The notes under the pieces are model-generated. The model saw nothing but the letters and a program-made list of their open reading frames with translations, ran no database searches and was not told the DNA's origin. 64,000 bases of DNA from Bacteroidota bacterium. Lineage in GTDB: Bacteria > Bacteroidota > Bacteroidia > UKL13-3. The number at the start of each line of letters is the position of its first letter. Position 1 is the first letter of the stretch. Location of the stretch: positions 15,652-79,651 of the forward strand of contig CANNQU010000004.1 in NCBI GenBank assembly GCA_947507965.1, given 5' to 3'. This document shows, piece after piece, positions 1 through 8,546 of this stretch. The translations under genes were made by a program, and so were the position numbers.

Positions 1-823
1 TAAGGATTATTCAAACCCGCTTAGTGTAAATACAGGTAACCCCTATCTACGGTCATCCTATGAGCATCGAATGAACCTGTTTTTACATCGGTATAGTGTA
101 CAGCACAGCAAATACTTTTACGTTAGTGCAATGTATAATATAATAGAGAACGCATTCACTAGTCAGAGCACGTTTAGCAATGAAGGGGTAACAAAATACC
201 TGATTGTAAACGGTGACAATACAGAACGACTGTCTTTATGGGCACGGTATGGCAGGAATATGGTTAATGATTTACTACGACTATCGTTTGAATATGGCCT
301 TAATTCAGGCCAACGCAATAACATTCTTAATGAAATAAAGAACAGAAGTAAATCGGTTCAAAACAGCACAGGAATAGATATTACTTATGCAAAAGAAAAA
401 AGTTTAAATTTAAGTATTGGATATAAAATTACGTATGGTACGAATACCAATATAGGAAGTGTTACCACGCAAACCAGTATTATGGAACATCAAATAGAAA
501 CATCCGGCAAGCTTAATTTTTTGAACCATTGGACATTGGAGGCAAATTATTCATTTCGTAAGAACAGTACCCCATCAACCACCGCATACGCAATAAATAT
601 GCTCACCGTAAGTACCGTTTATAAGTTTATAAAAAATAAAGCGGAGTTAGGTTTAATAGGGTATAACTTATTTAATGAGAATAATGGCTACACACGATAC
701 CAAAATGCTTCAAGTATTACTCAGTCTCAGCATAATATTTTAGGGCGGTATATTATGCTATCGTTTTTATATAATTTTTCAAACAAAGGAGCAATTCAAA
801 AGGAAGATGATGATGAATATTAA
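1..823 (+). CDS. Outer-membrane beta-barrel / TonB-dependent-receptor-like protein, C-terminal part (5' end lies outside the window)
   Basis: The reading frame of ORF 71..823 stays open back to position 2 with no upstream stop, so the gene starts before the window. The translated product has an alternating polar/aromatic beta-strand pattern (YKITYGTN.., LSFLYNF) typical of OM barrels. It sits directly upstream of a GLPGLI-family gene, a known pairing in Bacteroidetes. Confidence 0.5.
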   Translation, partial: KDYSNPLSVNTGNPYLRSSYEHRMNLFLHRYSVQHSKYFYVSAMYNIIENAFTSQSTFSNEGVTKYLIVNGDNTERLSLWARYGRNMVNDLLRLSFEYGLNSGQRNNILNEIKNRSKSVQNSTGIDITYAKEKSLNLSIGYKITYGTNTNIGSVTTQTSIMEHQIETSGKLNFLNHWTLEANYSFRKNSTPSTTAYAINMLTVSTVYKFIKNKAELGLIGYNLFNENNGYTRYQNASSITQSQHNILGRYIMLSFLYNFSNKGAIQKEDDDEY

Positions 824-1535
824 TACGGCACTAATTTTTACGTTGCTTTTTTTGAGTTCCTTTTCAAGTAAAGCACAACCGTTTATTAGTCGAGGAAATA
901 TCTCTTATGAGAGAAAGATACAGATGCATAAACTCTTAGAAGGTGATGAATGGGTTAAAGGCAATACGGAGAGATTTTATGTTTCAACGTTTCAGCTTCG
1001 TTTTAATGACGACACCTGTGTGTATGTAAAAACCGGTGATGAGGAGTCAAAAAACACGGCTTATTGGGCTATTTACGCGCGCGAGAACGAAGTTGCAACC
1101 ATCTTTAGCAGTGGAATGTCTGTGGTTAAGAAAACCGTTTACGGTGACGATTTTATCATAAAAGATACCCTTCCAAAATACAGATGGAAATTGGTAAATG
1201 AAACGCGTAAGATAGCGGGAGTAACGTGTAAAAAAGCAACCACAATTATCAATGATTCAATTTTTGTAGTGGCCTTTTACTCCGAAACTATTCTGTTACG
1301 TGGTGGTCCGGAGCAGTTCGCAGGATTGCCGGGTATGATTTTGGGTGTTGTGATTCCAAGACTTCATGTAAGCTATTATGCTCAAAAAGTGGAGGCTAAT
1401 GAAAACCAAGTGGTCACGGTTCCAAAATACAGGAAAACAACGATGAGCAGAAAGGAGTTTCAGTTAATGGTACAAAAAAACATGAAATGGGCGTTCACTA
1501 ATTCTGGTATTGGGGCATTATATTTGTTTTTGTAA
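807..1535 (+). CDS. GLPGLI family protein
   Basis: The name-giving motif GLPGMILG is present near the C-terminal third. There is an N-terminal signal peptide (MMMNINTALIFTLLFLSSFSSKAQ). Size is about 240 aa. The gene is located after an OM barrel gene, as is typical for TIGR01200-type proteins. Confidence 0.75.
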   Translation: MMMNINTALIFTLLFLSSFSSKAQPFISRGNISYERKIQMHKLLEGDEWVKGNTERFYVSTFQLRFNDDTCVYVKTGDEESKNTAYWAIYARENEVATIFSSGMSVVKKTVYGDDFIIKDTLPKYRWKLVNETRKIAGVTCKKATTIINDSIFVVAFYSETILLRGGPEQFAGLPGMILGVVIPRLHVSYYAQKVEANENQVVTVPKYRKTTMSRKEFQLMVQKNMKWAFTNSGIGALYLFL

Positions 1536-1547
1536 TGGGGGTTATAG

Positions 1548-2075
1548 ATGGTACTAAAAGAGGCACTTTTAAAAGAACATTCTAAAAGGCAAACACAAGC
1601 AATTGCTAACTATATTGGCACCAATCAAGGAAAATTCGATGAATTATTACATTTATTTTTCTTTGCAGAGCCTTTGGTTGGGCAACGTGCAGCATGGGTT
1701 GTGAGTACCTGTGTGGAAACAAAGAAGGAGTTGCTTCAGCGGCACATAAAGCCGTTTATTCATAACTTATCAAAAGCCGACTTACATGATGCGGTAAAAC
1801 GAGGCTCCTTAAAGGCTTTGCAAGAGATTGTGGTGCCCGATCCACTACTTGGGAGTTTAGTTGAAATATGTTTCGGTTTTCTATATGGAGCTAAGGAAGC
1901 CATCGCGGTAAAGTCGCTTAGTATAAAAATACTCGTAAAAACATGCCAGCAATACCCCGAACTAATGGTGGAATTGACGCCGTTGCTAATGGCGTTCTTA
2001 AATCATGAGTCGCCTGCACTTGTTTTCACCTCTAAACAAGGGTTGGCATCGCTAAAAAAAATCACAACCCATTAG
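1548..2075 (+). CDS. Hypothetical alpha-helical (HEAT-like) protein, possibly of the DNA-alkylation-repair AlkD-like family
   Basis: 175-aa ORF tightly following the GLPGLI gene. The product is all-helical with repeated amphipathic segments. It loosely resembles AlkD-like HEAT-repeat proteins (QRAAWVVS..., AVKRGSLKALQEI). The assignment is tentative. Confidence 0.3.
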   Translation: MVLKEALLKEHSKRQTQAIANYIGTNQGKFDELLHLFFFAEPLVGQRAAWVVSTCVETKKELLQRHIKPFIHNLSKADLHDAVKRGSLKALQEIVVPDPLLGSLVEICFGFLYGAKEAIAVKSLSIKILVKTCQQYPELMVELTPLLMAFLNHESPALVFTSKQGLASLKKITTH

Positions 2076-2908
2076 AATTTAATAAATTTGAAGCTTTTCA
2101 TTTCATCGGAAGTCACAACTTTTACGAGATACATCCCAAGAGGAAAGTCGGCAATATTTATTTTTTCAAAAAGAGAAGACGAATTCACAGTTTTAATAAT
2201 TTTACTATTTAAAGTATAGATGGTTATACTTGAGGGGGATTGTAATTCAAAAGTAAGCTCAGTACCCGTTGGATTAGAAAATAGCGAAGCAATGGTGGCG
2301 TTAAGCCCAGGCGTTATTCCCACCACTGGTCCCGTACCCAATAGATTTAATTTTGTTTCATAAATAATATCATCTGTTTTTTCCTCGTCATTATTTGAAG
2401 CATTAAAAGCAGCATATATCGTAGCGGTTCCTAAATTAGCCGAAGGTGCTTTCCAGTCAAATGTCCACGAACCCTTGTTCCCTGTAAAATCTATTCCAGT
2501 AAGTTTATGAAGTATATTTATTCGAGAGCCACCGAGAAGTTGTGTTTCATTTGGTTGTGTAAGAATAATCGTTCCAATACTTATAGCATTGGCTCCAGCC
2601 CCTTTCATAACAATGGCCTCAAAGCCATAACGTGTTTTTATACCTTCCGTGATGCTTAGGGTTATTGAATAGGTGTGGTTGGGTACATATTGGGTTACCA
2701 GCCCGTTTAACGAATCCTTACAAACAATGGCTGATGTTCCCCCGCCGCTGTTTACGGCACTACCCGTATGGCAACCTGAAACGGCACAATTTTCAGCCAG
2801 TGGTGGCTCGCCGGCGACGCCAGTAGGAGGTCCTTTTTTGTGAGTAAAAACGGTTAAGCTTATGAAACAAGGGGTGAATACAAATAATAGAAATCTAATT
2901 TTCTTCAT
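2072..2908 (-). CDS. Secreted protein with T9SS (Por) C-terminal sorting domain
   Basis: N-terminal signal peptide (MKKIRFLLFVFTPCFISLTVF). The C-terminus ...PLGMYLVKVVTSDEMKSFKFIKF matches the type-A T9SS CTD pattern (G.Y.vkv ... K.iK at the end). Confidence 0.7.
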   Translation of the reverse strand: MKKIRFLLFVFTPCFISLTVFTHKKGPPTGVAGEPPLAENCAVSGCHTGSAVNSGGGTSAIVCKDSLNGLVTQYVPNHTYSITLSITEGIKTRYGFEAIVMKGAGANAISIGTIILTQPNETQLLGGSRINILHKLTGIDFTGNKGSWTFDWKAPSANLGTATIYAAFNASNNDEEKTDDIIYETKLNLLGTGPVVGITPGLNATIASLFSNPTGTELTFELQSPSSITIYTLNSKIIKTVNSSSLFEKINIADFPLGMYLVKVVTSDEMKSFKFIKF

Positions 2909-2929
2909 GACAAATAATGGGTTAAAACA

Positions 2930-2966
2930 AAAAAAACCTCTTCGTTTTTTGAAGAGGTTTTTTTTG
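2930..2966. terminator. Bidirectional rho-independent terminator
   Basis: Perfect hairpin aacctcttc-gttttttg-gaagaggtt, flanked by A-run upstream and T8 downstream. It lies between two minus-strand genes, downstream of the DUF1573 gene ending at 2978. Confidence 0.7.
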
Positions 2967-2977
2967 TTTTTGGATGA

Positions 2978-3499
2978 TTAATTTTTTGGTTGTTCTGGAA
3001 CAACAACTGGCGAAGGCTGTTCAACAGGCTTTGCTTCAACTACACCATTTATGGTTAATACCTTTGGAGAGGATATTGCGTTTGATGTAACCGTTATGCT
3101 TTTTGTGAATGGACCTGGACGGCCGCTAGAATTATAAGAAGCGGTGATCGTACCTGTTTTTCCTGGCGCTATGGGTTCATTGCTCCATTTTGGCGTAGTA
3201 CAACCACAAGATGCCTGTACGTTGCTAATAATTAATGGTTCTTTACCTGTATTTGTAAATTTAAATTCAAAGGTAGCTTGTGTTCCTTCAGGAATTGATC
3301 CAAAATCATGGCTATCCGCTTCAAATAACAAATCAGGTTGAGTAGTAACCGGGGTGGTAACTGCCGGTGTAACAACAGGGGTAACGGTAGTCGCTTTTGC
3401 AGGAGCTGGTTTTTTACCTGCTTTGTCCTTTGAGGTTTGTGAGAATGACACCAAAACGCAAAGTAGAATCGTTGCAATGGTTAATGTGAACTTTTTCAT
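2978..3499 (-). CDS. DUF1573 domain secreted protein
   Basis: Signal peptide followed by a Thr/Pro/Val-rich linker. It has a conserved ASCGCTTP motif and a second C-terminal half typical of Bacteroidetes DUF1573 (pilus/adhesin-like beta-sandwich). Confidence 0.75.
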   Translation of the reverse strand: MKKFTLTIATILLCVLVSFSQTSKDKAGKKPAPAKATTVTPVVTPAVTTPVTTQPDLLFEADSHDFGSIPEGTQATFEFKFTNTGKEPLIISNVQASCGCTTPKWSNEPIAPGKTGTITASYNSSGRPGPFTKSITVTSNAISSPKVLTINGVVEAKPVEQPSPVVVPEQPKN

Positions 3500-3609
3500 G
3501 ATGAGTGAGAATAAGAGTATAGAAAATTATATATTTATATTTTAGGCTTCAAATGTAATACTTCTAAATATTGAGTAAGTAATGCTTAACATTATTTTAC
3601 AATTATAGC

Positions 3610-4080
3610 CTAATGCACTTCTTGAGGGGCTGCAATTACATTACCTGAAATAGTTAATGTTACGATCTTTAATAGGGTGGAATTCGAAGTAACGGTAACC
3701 GATTTTGTAAAGGCTCCCATTCTCCCGTGGGTTGCATATTTTACATTAATCATTCCGCTTTTGCCAGGCATAATGGGTTCTTTGGTATAATCGCTTACGG
3801 TACAACTGCAACTTGGGCGTGCATCCGAAAGAACAAGAGGTTCTTTTCCAATATTATAAAAGGTGAACACATGTATTGCGTCCATTCCCTCCAATACGTC
3901 CTTAAAATCGTGTGATAGGCTGTCGAATTTTATTTCAGCGTTTTCATAAATTATTTCAGGCGTGTTAGCACTTTTTTGAGTTGTAGTTTTTGCAGCTGAC
4001 TTCCTGCCTTTTTTACTTTTTTGTGCATTTACTTGGAATGCGAATAGGACGAGAAGAATAGAGAGTGTAAGGTGTTTCAT
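3610..4080 (-). CDS. DUF1573 domain secreted protein (paralog)
   Basis: Signal peptide MKHLTLSILLVLFAFQVNAQ. It has an RPSCSCT motif corresponding to ASCGCT in the neighbouring paralog. The C-terminal block FTKS(I/V)TVTSN is shared between the two. Confidence 0.75.
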   Translation of the reverse strand: MKHLTLSILLVLFAFQVNAQKSKKGRKSAAKTTTQKSANTPEIIYENAEIKFDSLSHDFKDVLEGMDAIHVFTFYNIGKEPLVLSDARPSCSCTVSDYTKEPIMPGKSGMINVKYATHGRMGAFTKSVTVTSNSTLLKIVTLTISGNVIAAPQEVH

Positions 4081-4156
4081 GTAAAAAAATATTTTTCAAA
4101 ACAAAAATGCAAGGTTATGTTGATAACAGATGTTATTGTTAACAGCTTTTAGTAAT

Positions 4157-6100
4157 TCAATTTTTATGAGTTACTTCTTCATCTAACAGTTCAAACACCG
4201 AATTGTTACTGATAAACTCAGGAACAATGATTTTCATTTTTGCCACAATACTCTTATTATTTTGAGTTTTGAAGAGTGTAATTAAATCTTCAATCTCTCG
4301 ATAGGCCAGCTCATATTTATAGCTTTGCACTTGGGCGACCATTATTTTTGGATGATGTGTCGGGATGGTTTTCTCTTTGTCATTTAAGAGCTCTTCCTTT
4401 AGTTTTTCTCCCGGCCGCAAGCCAGAAAACACAATCTGAATATCCTTCCCTAACTCCATTCCCGCCAACCGAATCATTTTTTTTGCCAGATCAATGATCC
4501 GTACGCTCTCTCCCATATCGAAAATCAGAATTTCTCCTCCTCTTCCAATGGCACCCGCTTCAAGCACCAGTTGACAGGCTTCCGGAATGGTCATAAAATA
4601 GCGTGTTATTTCTGGGTGCGTAACGGTAACCGGCCCCCCTTCTTTTATTTGTTTTTGAAATACCGGAATTACCGATCCACTTGAACCCAATACGTTTCCG
4701 AATCGTGTAGTAACAAATTGAGTATAGCGAGTATCCCCAACCTTACTTAAATACTCATTGAGCGATTGGATATAAATTTCAGCGATACGCTTACTACATC
4801 CCATAACACTGGTAGGGTTTACTGCTTTATCGGTACTCACAAAGACAAATTTTTCGATTCCAAATCTTACGGCTAAATCGGCGATTACCTTGGTTCCTAA
4901 AACATTGGTATTGATGGCTTCACTCGGGTTGTCTTCCATGAGTGGAACGTGTTTATAGGCTGCAGCATGGTAAACTACCTGCGGTTTAAAGGTAGAGAAA
5001 ACATTTTCCATTCGCACTTCGTTTCTTACATCGGCCACAATAATTTCAAACGCAGTAAATTTTAGCTTTTCTCGTAATTCAATCTCTAGTTCATAAAGAG
5101 GTGATTCAGCCTGATCGAGCAAATAAATTTTTTCGGGGTGGAAAAAACGCAGTTGGCGAACAATTTCGCTCCCAATACTTCCGCTGGCACCCGTAATTAA
5201 AACTCTTTTTCCGCTTACCTCTCTACTGATGATTTTTTTGTCTAAGGTAATCTCGTCACGATCTAATAAGTCTTCAATATTCACGTTTTGAAATTGCGCC
5301 AAACTTAATTCACCGTTTATCCATCGTTCTACTTGCGGTACATTTTTTACTTCGACCTGTAGCTTTAAACAGAGTTCAATTATGTCTTTCTTACGCTTGG
5401 GTTGAATGTTCTGTATAGAAATTAAGATCGTATGTATATTGTATTTTTTGATTAACTCAACAAATACGGTAGGTGAAGAACTATAAATATTTACGCCCTC
5501 CACTTTTTTCCCTACCATTTTTTCGTCGTCATCCAAGAAACCTACAACATTGTAAACACTTCTACTGTCTTTATCAAGGGAACGTTTTGTGATGATACCC
5601 GACTCTCCCGCACCGAAGATGGCGATATTTTGTTTTGGTTCGTGAGGAGAACTTTTATAATAGCTGTAGAGTAATTTATAAACGATACGAGAAGACGAGA
5701 GCACCACCAAACACATAAAAAAGTCGAGTAGAAGAATACTCAATGGAATATAAAACTCGGTGCTTTTTTCAAAAAAGTACAGAAAAAAATCAAAGGCTAA
5801 AACACTCAAACTGCTTATTAATGAAGCATTAAATATTCGTATCGCATCGCTTACACTTGTATAACGTACCAATCCTTGATAAACCCTTGTGAGCACAAAT
5901 GCCGCAATTTTAAAAAACAGTACCATTGACAGGGTTTTAAACAGCCAAGCTGTTCCGTAGGGTTCAAACGTAAAATCTAATATGACGAATGCGATAAAAA
6001 CATAAGAAAACGCGCATAAGGCCACATCGATTAAAAGAACCACCCAACGGGGAGTATGATCCGAAGATAATTTTAAAAAGATTTTTTCAATGGAAAGCAT
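4157..6100 (-). CDS. Polysaccharide biosynthesis protein, CapD/WbpM/PglF-like membrane-anchored NDP-sugar 4,6-dehydratase/epimerase
   Basis: N-terminal region has 4 TM segments. It is followed by two Rossmann regions including LITGASGSIGSEIVRQL (GxxGxxG) and the extended SDR core. 647 aa is typical for WbpM/PglF-type enzymes. Confidence 0.85.
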   Translation of the reverse strand: MLSIEKIFLKLSSDHTPRWVVLLIDVALCAFSYVFIAFVILDFTFEPYGTAWLFKTLSMVLFFKIAAFVLTRVYQGLVRYTSVSDAIRIFNASLISSLSVLAFDFFLYFFEKSTEFYIPLSILLLDFFMCLVVLSSSRIVYKLLYSYYKSSPHEPKQNIAIFGAGESGIITKRSLDKDSRSVYNVVGFLDDDEKMVGKKVEGVNIYSSSPTVFVELIKKYNIHTILISIQNIQPKRKKDIIELCLKLQVEVKNVPQVERWINGELSLAQFQNVNIEDLLDRDEITLDKKIISREVSGKRVLITGASGSIGSEIVRQLRFFHPEKIYLLDQAESPLYELEIELREKLKFTAFEIIVADVRNEVRMENVFSTFKPQVVYHAAAYKHVPLMEDNPSEAINTNVLGTKVIADLAVRFGIEKFVFVSTDKAVNPTSVMGCSKRIAEIYIQSLNEYLSKVGDTRYTQFVTTRFGNVLGSSGSVIPVFQKQIKEGGPVTVTHPEITRYFMTIPEACQLVLEAGAIGRGGEILIFDMGESVRIIDLAKKMIRLAGMELGKDIQIVFSGLRPGEKLKEELLNDKEKTIPTHHPKIMVAQVQSYKYELAYREIEDLITLFKTQNNKSIVAKMKIIVPEFISNNSVFELLDEEVTHKN

Positions 6101-6141
6101 TCGTGGTAAACGGAGGAAAAAACAGAATTCAAAGTTAGATT

Positions 6142-7764
6142 TTATTTTGTCGTATCCAAATCAATTGGGTTGCTTAGGCACCCATTAGGAAACTCGATTT
6201 TTAGCAAGGAGGATATCGTAGGTGCGAGGGCGGTGATATCTACTGCCGAATTACTACTTCCCGGGGTAATGTTAAAGCCATAAAAAAACAACGGAATATG
6301 CGTATCGTAACTATACGGTGCCCCATGGGTTGTTCCTCTTTGGTTTGTACTTTCTATATAGTTTGGAAGTAAGGCATAATAAACATCCCCACTGCGGTGT
6401 GTATTATAACCTAATTGAAATAAATGAATTATTTTCTGAGTGCTTTCATCATAGTTGAGAACACTGGCTGGATAGGCGTTTGAAATCTGAGGGAGTTCAG
6501 CAATAGCTCTTGATAAGCCATAGGTAATGGCTACCAATGACAGCTTTTTTGATTCCATTAAGGGTTGATTTAGGTAGATACATTGATCTCCTAAAGCTTC
6601 AAAAAGCGAGCTGTCATTATATTCTTTTTGAAGGTATGATTTGGCTGTTTTTTCTATATCCTTCGGATCGAAATATCCCGCATTCAATTTATTGTCGATT
6701 AAAAACCTCGGATTGGGCACGGCACCATGGTCGGCGGTAAGGAATAGCAGTATGTTTTTTTTTCCGATGGTCTGATCCAAAAACGTCAGAAAATCTTCTA
6801 TATCCTTATCTAATCGCAGATAGCAGTCTTCTGTTTCGATGGAATTTGTTCCAAATTGATGACCAATATAATCGGTGGCAGAAAAGCTTAAGCATAGCAT
6901 ATCGGTCACCTCATCTACTCCGAGTTGTTCGCTACGGATGGCCTCTTTCGCAAAATCTTTGCTGAGTGTATTTCCAAAAGGACTCCTTCGAATGTTTTCA
7001 AAATCTTTACCTCCTATCTTTTCAAAGTCATGAGGGAAAGTAGGTGTCATTTCTCCTTTATAAGGGCTTTCGTATGGAGTGTTATCAGTGGTTGATTCGG
7101 TATATTGAGAAATATCCAAAAGCGTATTCCATGCTTGTTTATTGTATTGCATCGGGTATTTCAACGCATTAAATTTTTCTACCCATGCAGGAAGCTGGGT
7201 CATGTAATAGGAACTCGTTATCCAGTTCCCCGTCTTACTATCGAACCAGTAGGCAGCATCGGCAGCATGTCCAGCAGGTAAAATAGCACCTCGATCTTTT
7301 AGCGCAATCCCAATAACCTTGGCTTTGAAATTTGTGGCAAGCTTTAATTCATCACCAATGGTGTTTACCAATAATAATTTAGGCGACATGGCCCCTGTTT
7401 TTCCAGTGCCCCCTACCGATTTAACAGTGGAGTCATCAACACAATAAATAGTTTTATGTGAACCTCTATCATACCAATCGTTGCTTACAATACCGTGCGT
7501 GGCGGGAGTTGTGCCGGTGTAAATACTCGCATGCCCGGGCCCGGTAACGGTAGGGGCATAATTATACTTTGTATTACTACACTCATAGCCTTCTTTTACC
7601 AGGCGCTTGAAACCACCATTGCCAAGTTTATTCCAGTACCGGTAAATATAATCGTACTTCATTTGATCGACAACAATACCTACTATTAACTTAGGACGTT
7701 CAAGTTGCTGTGCTGTTGACGTAAAGGCGAGGAAGCTGCAAACTAAAGCAAATATATATTTCAT
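6142..7764 (-). CDS. pafA: Alkaline phosphatase family protein (PafA-like, nucleotide pyrophosphatase/phosphodiesterase superfamily)
   Basis: Signal peptide present. Motifs IVGIVVDQMKYDY, TVTGPGHASIYTG...HGIVSNDWYD and LLFLTADHG match the metal-binding core of AlkP/ENPP-type enzymes. Size is about 540 aa, as in Bacteroidetes PafA. Confidence 0.65.
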   Translation of the reverse strand: MKYIFALVCSFLAFTSTAQQLERPKLIVGIVVDQMKYDYIYRYWNKLGNGGFKRLVKEGYECSNTKYNYAPTVTGPGHASIYTGTTPATHGIVSNDWYDRGSHKTIYCVDDSTVKSVGGTGKTGAMSPKLLLVNTIGDELKLATNFKAKVIGIALKDRGAILPAGHAADAAYWFDSKTGNWITSSYYMTQLPAWVEKFNALKYPMQYNKQAWNTLLDISQYTESTTDNTPYESPYKGEMTPTFPHDFEKIGGKDFENIRRSPFGNTLSKDFAKEAIRSEQLGVDEVTDMLCLSFSATDYIGHQFGTNSIETEDCYLRLDKDIEDFLTFLDQTIGKKNILLFLTADHGAVPNPRFLIDNKLNAGYFDPKDIEKTAKSYLQKEYNDSSLFEALGDQCIYLNQPLMESKKLSLVAITYGLSRAIAELPQISNAYPASVLNYDESTQKIIHLFQLGYNTHRSGDVYYALLPNYIESTNQRGTTHGAPYSYDTHIPLFFYGFNITPGSSNSAVDITALAPTISSLLKIEFPNGCLSNPIDLDTTK

Positions 7765-7791
7765 ACGGCGGTAAAGGTAGTTTAAAGGCCA

Positions 7792-8532
7792 TTAAATTTT
7801 AGAGAAGAAACCTAGAAACTCTTGTTTTTTTTGACGCGATACATTAATTGTTTTTCCGTTACTCATAACCACTTCCCCTCCATCGCCACGGATGTATTTA
7901 CGGATATGTTTCATATTTATTAAGTACGATTGATGTATCCTGTAAAAGCCACTCTCGCTTAAAGTTTCTTCAACGTCTTTAATGGGTTTGGAGGTTTGAA
8001 TACGGCGGTTATCATTAAAGAAGAAGGCGGTATAGCTTCCATCCGACTCACAATAAACGATGTCTTTAACCTCAATAAATGTAATTCCGTCCATACTTGA
8101 GATCGCAATTAAATCGGGATTTTTTTGGAATGCGCTTTTCATCTTTAATATTTCATTCCCTCTTTTTTTCTCTTCCGGGTTTTTCTCCGTTATTTTTTTG
8201 ATGGCGCTAATTAGTTCATCCTTATCAATGGGCTTAAGAAGATAATCGATAGCGTTAAATTTAAAGGCACGCACAGCATATTGATCGTATGCGGTGGTAA
8301 AAACCACGTTGAAGTGTATTTCTCCGATCTCTTTCAATAAATCGAAGCCGTTTAAAATCGGCATTTCAATATCTAAGAAAAGCAGGTCGGGTTGAGTATG
8401 TTTTAAATAGGATAATCCCTCGGAAGCATTGCTGAAAATTCTAATATTAGCAACCTGTTTGCAATGTTTTTGAAGTAAAAGTTGTAAAACCTCGCAACAG
8501 TAAATTTCATCATCAATTATTACTACATTCAT
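7792..8532 (-). CDS. LytTR-family two-component response regulator
   Basis: N-terminal receiver domain (VVIIDDE...LFLDIEMPILNGFDLL). C-terminal LytTR DNA-binding domain (FYRIHQSYLINMKHI). Confidence 0.9.
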   Translation of the reverse strand: MNVVIIDDEIYCCEVLQLLLQKHCKQVANIRIFSNASEGLSYLKHTQPDLLFLDIEMPILNGFDLLKEIGEIHFNVVFTTAYDQYAVRAFKFNAIDYLLKPIDKDELISAIKKITEKNPEEKKRGNEILKMKSAFQKNPDLIAISSMDGITFIEVKDIVYCESDGSYTAFFFNDNRRIQTSKPIKDVEETLSESGFYRIHQSYLINMKHIRKYIRGDGGEVVMSNGKTINVSRQKKQEFLGFFSKI

Positions 8533-8546
8533 TTTTGGGTTTCGTT

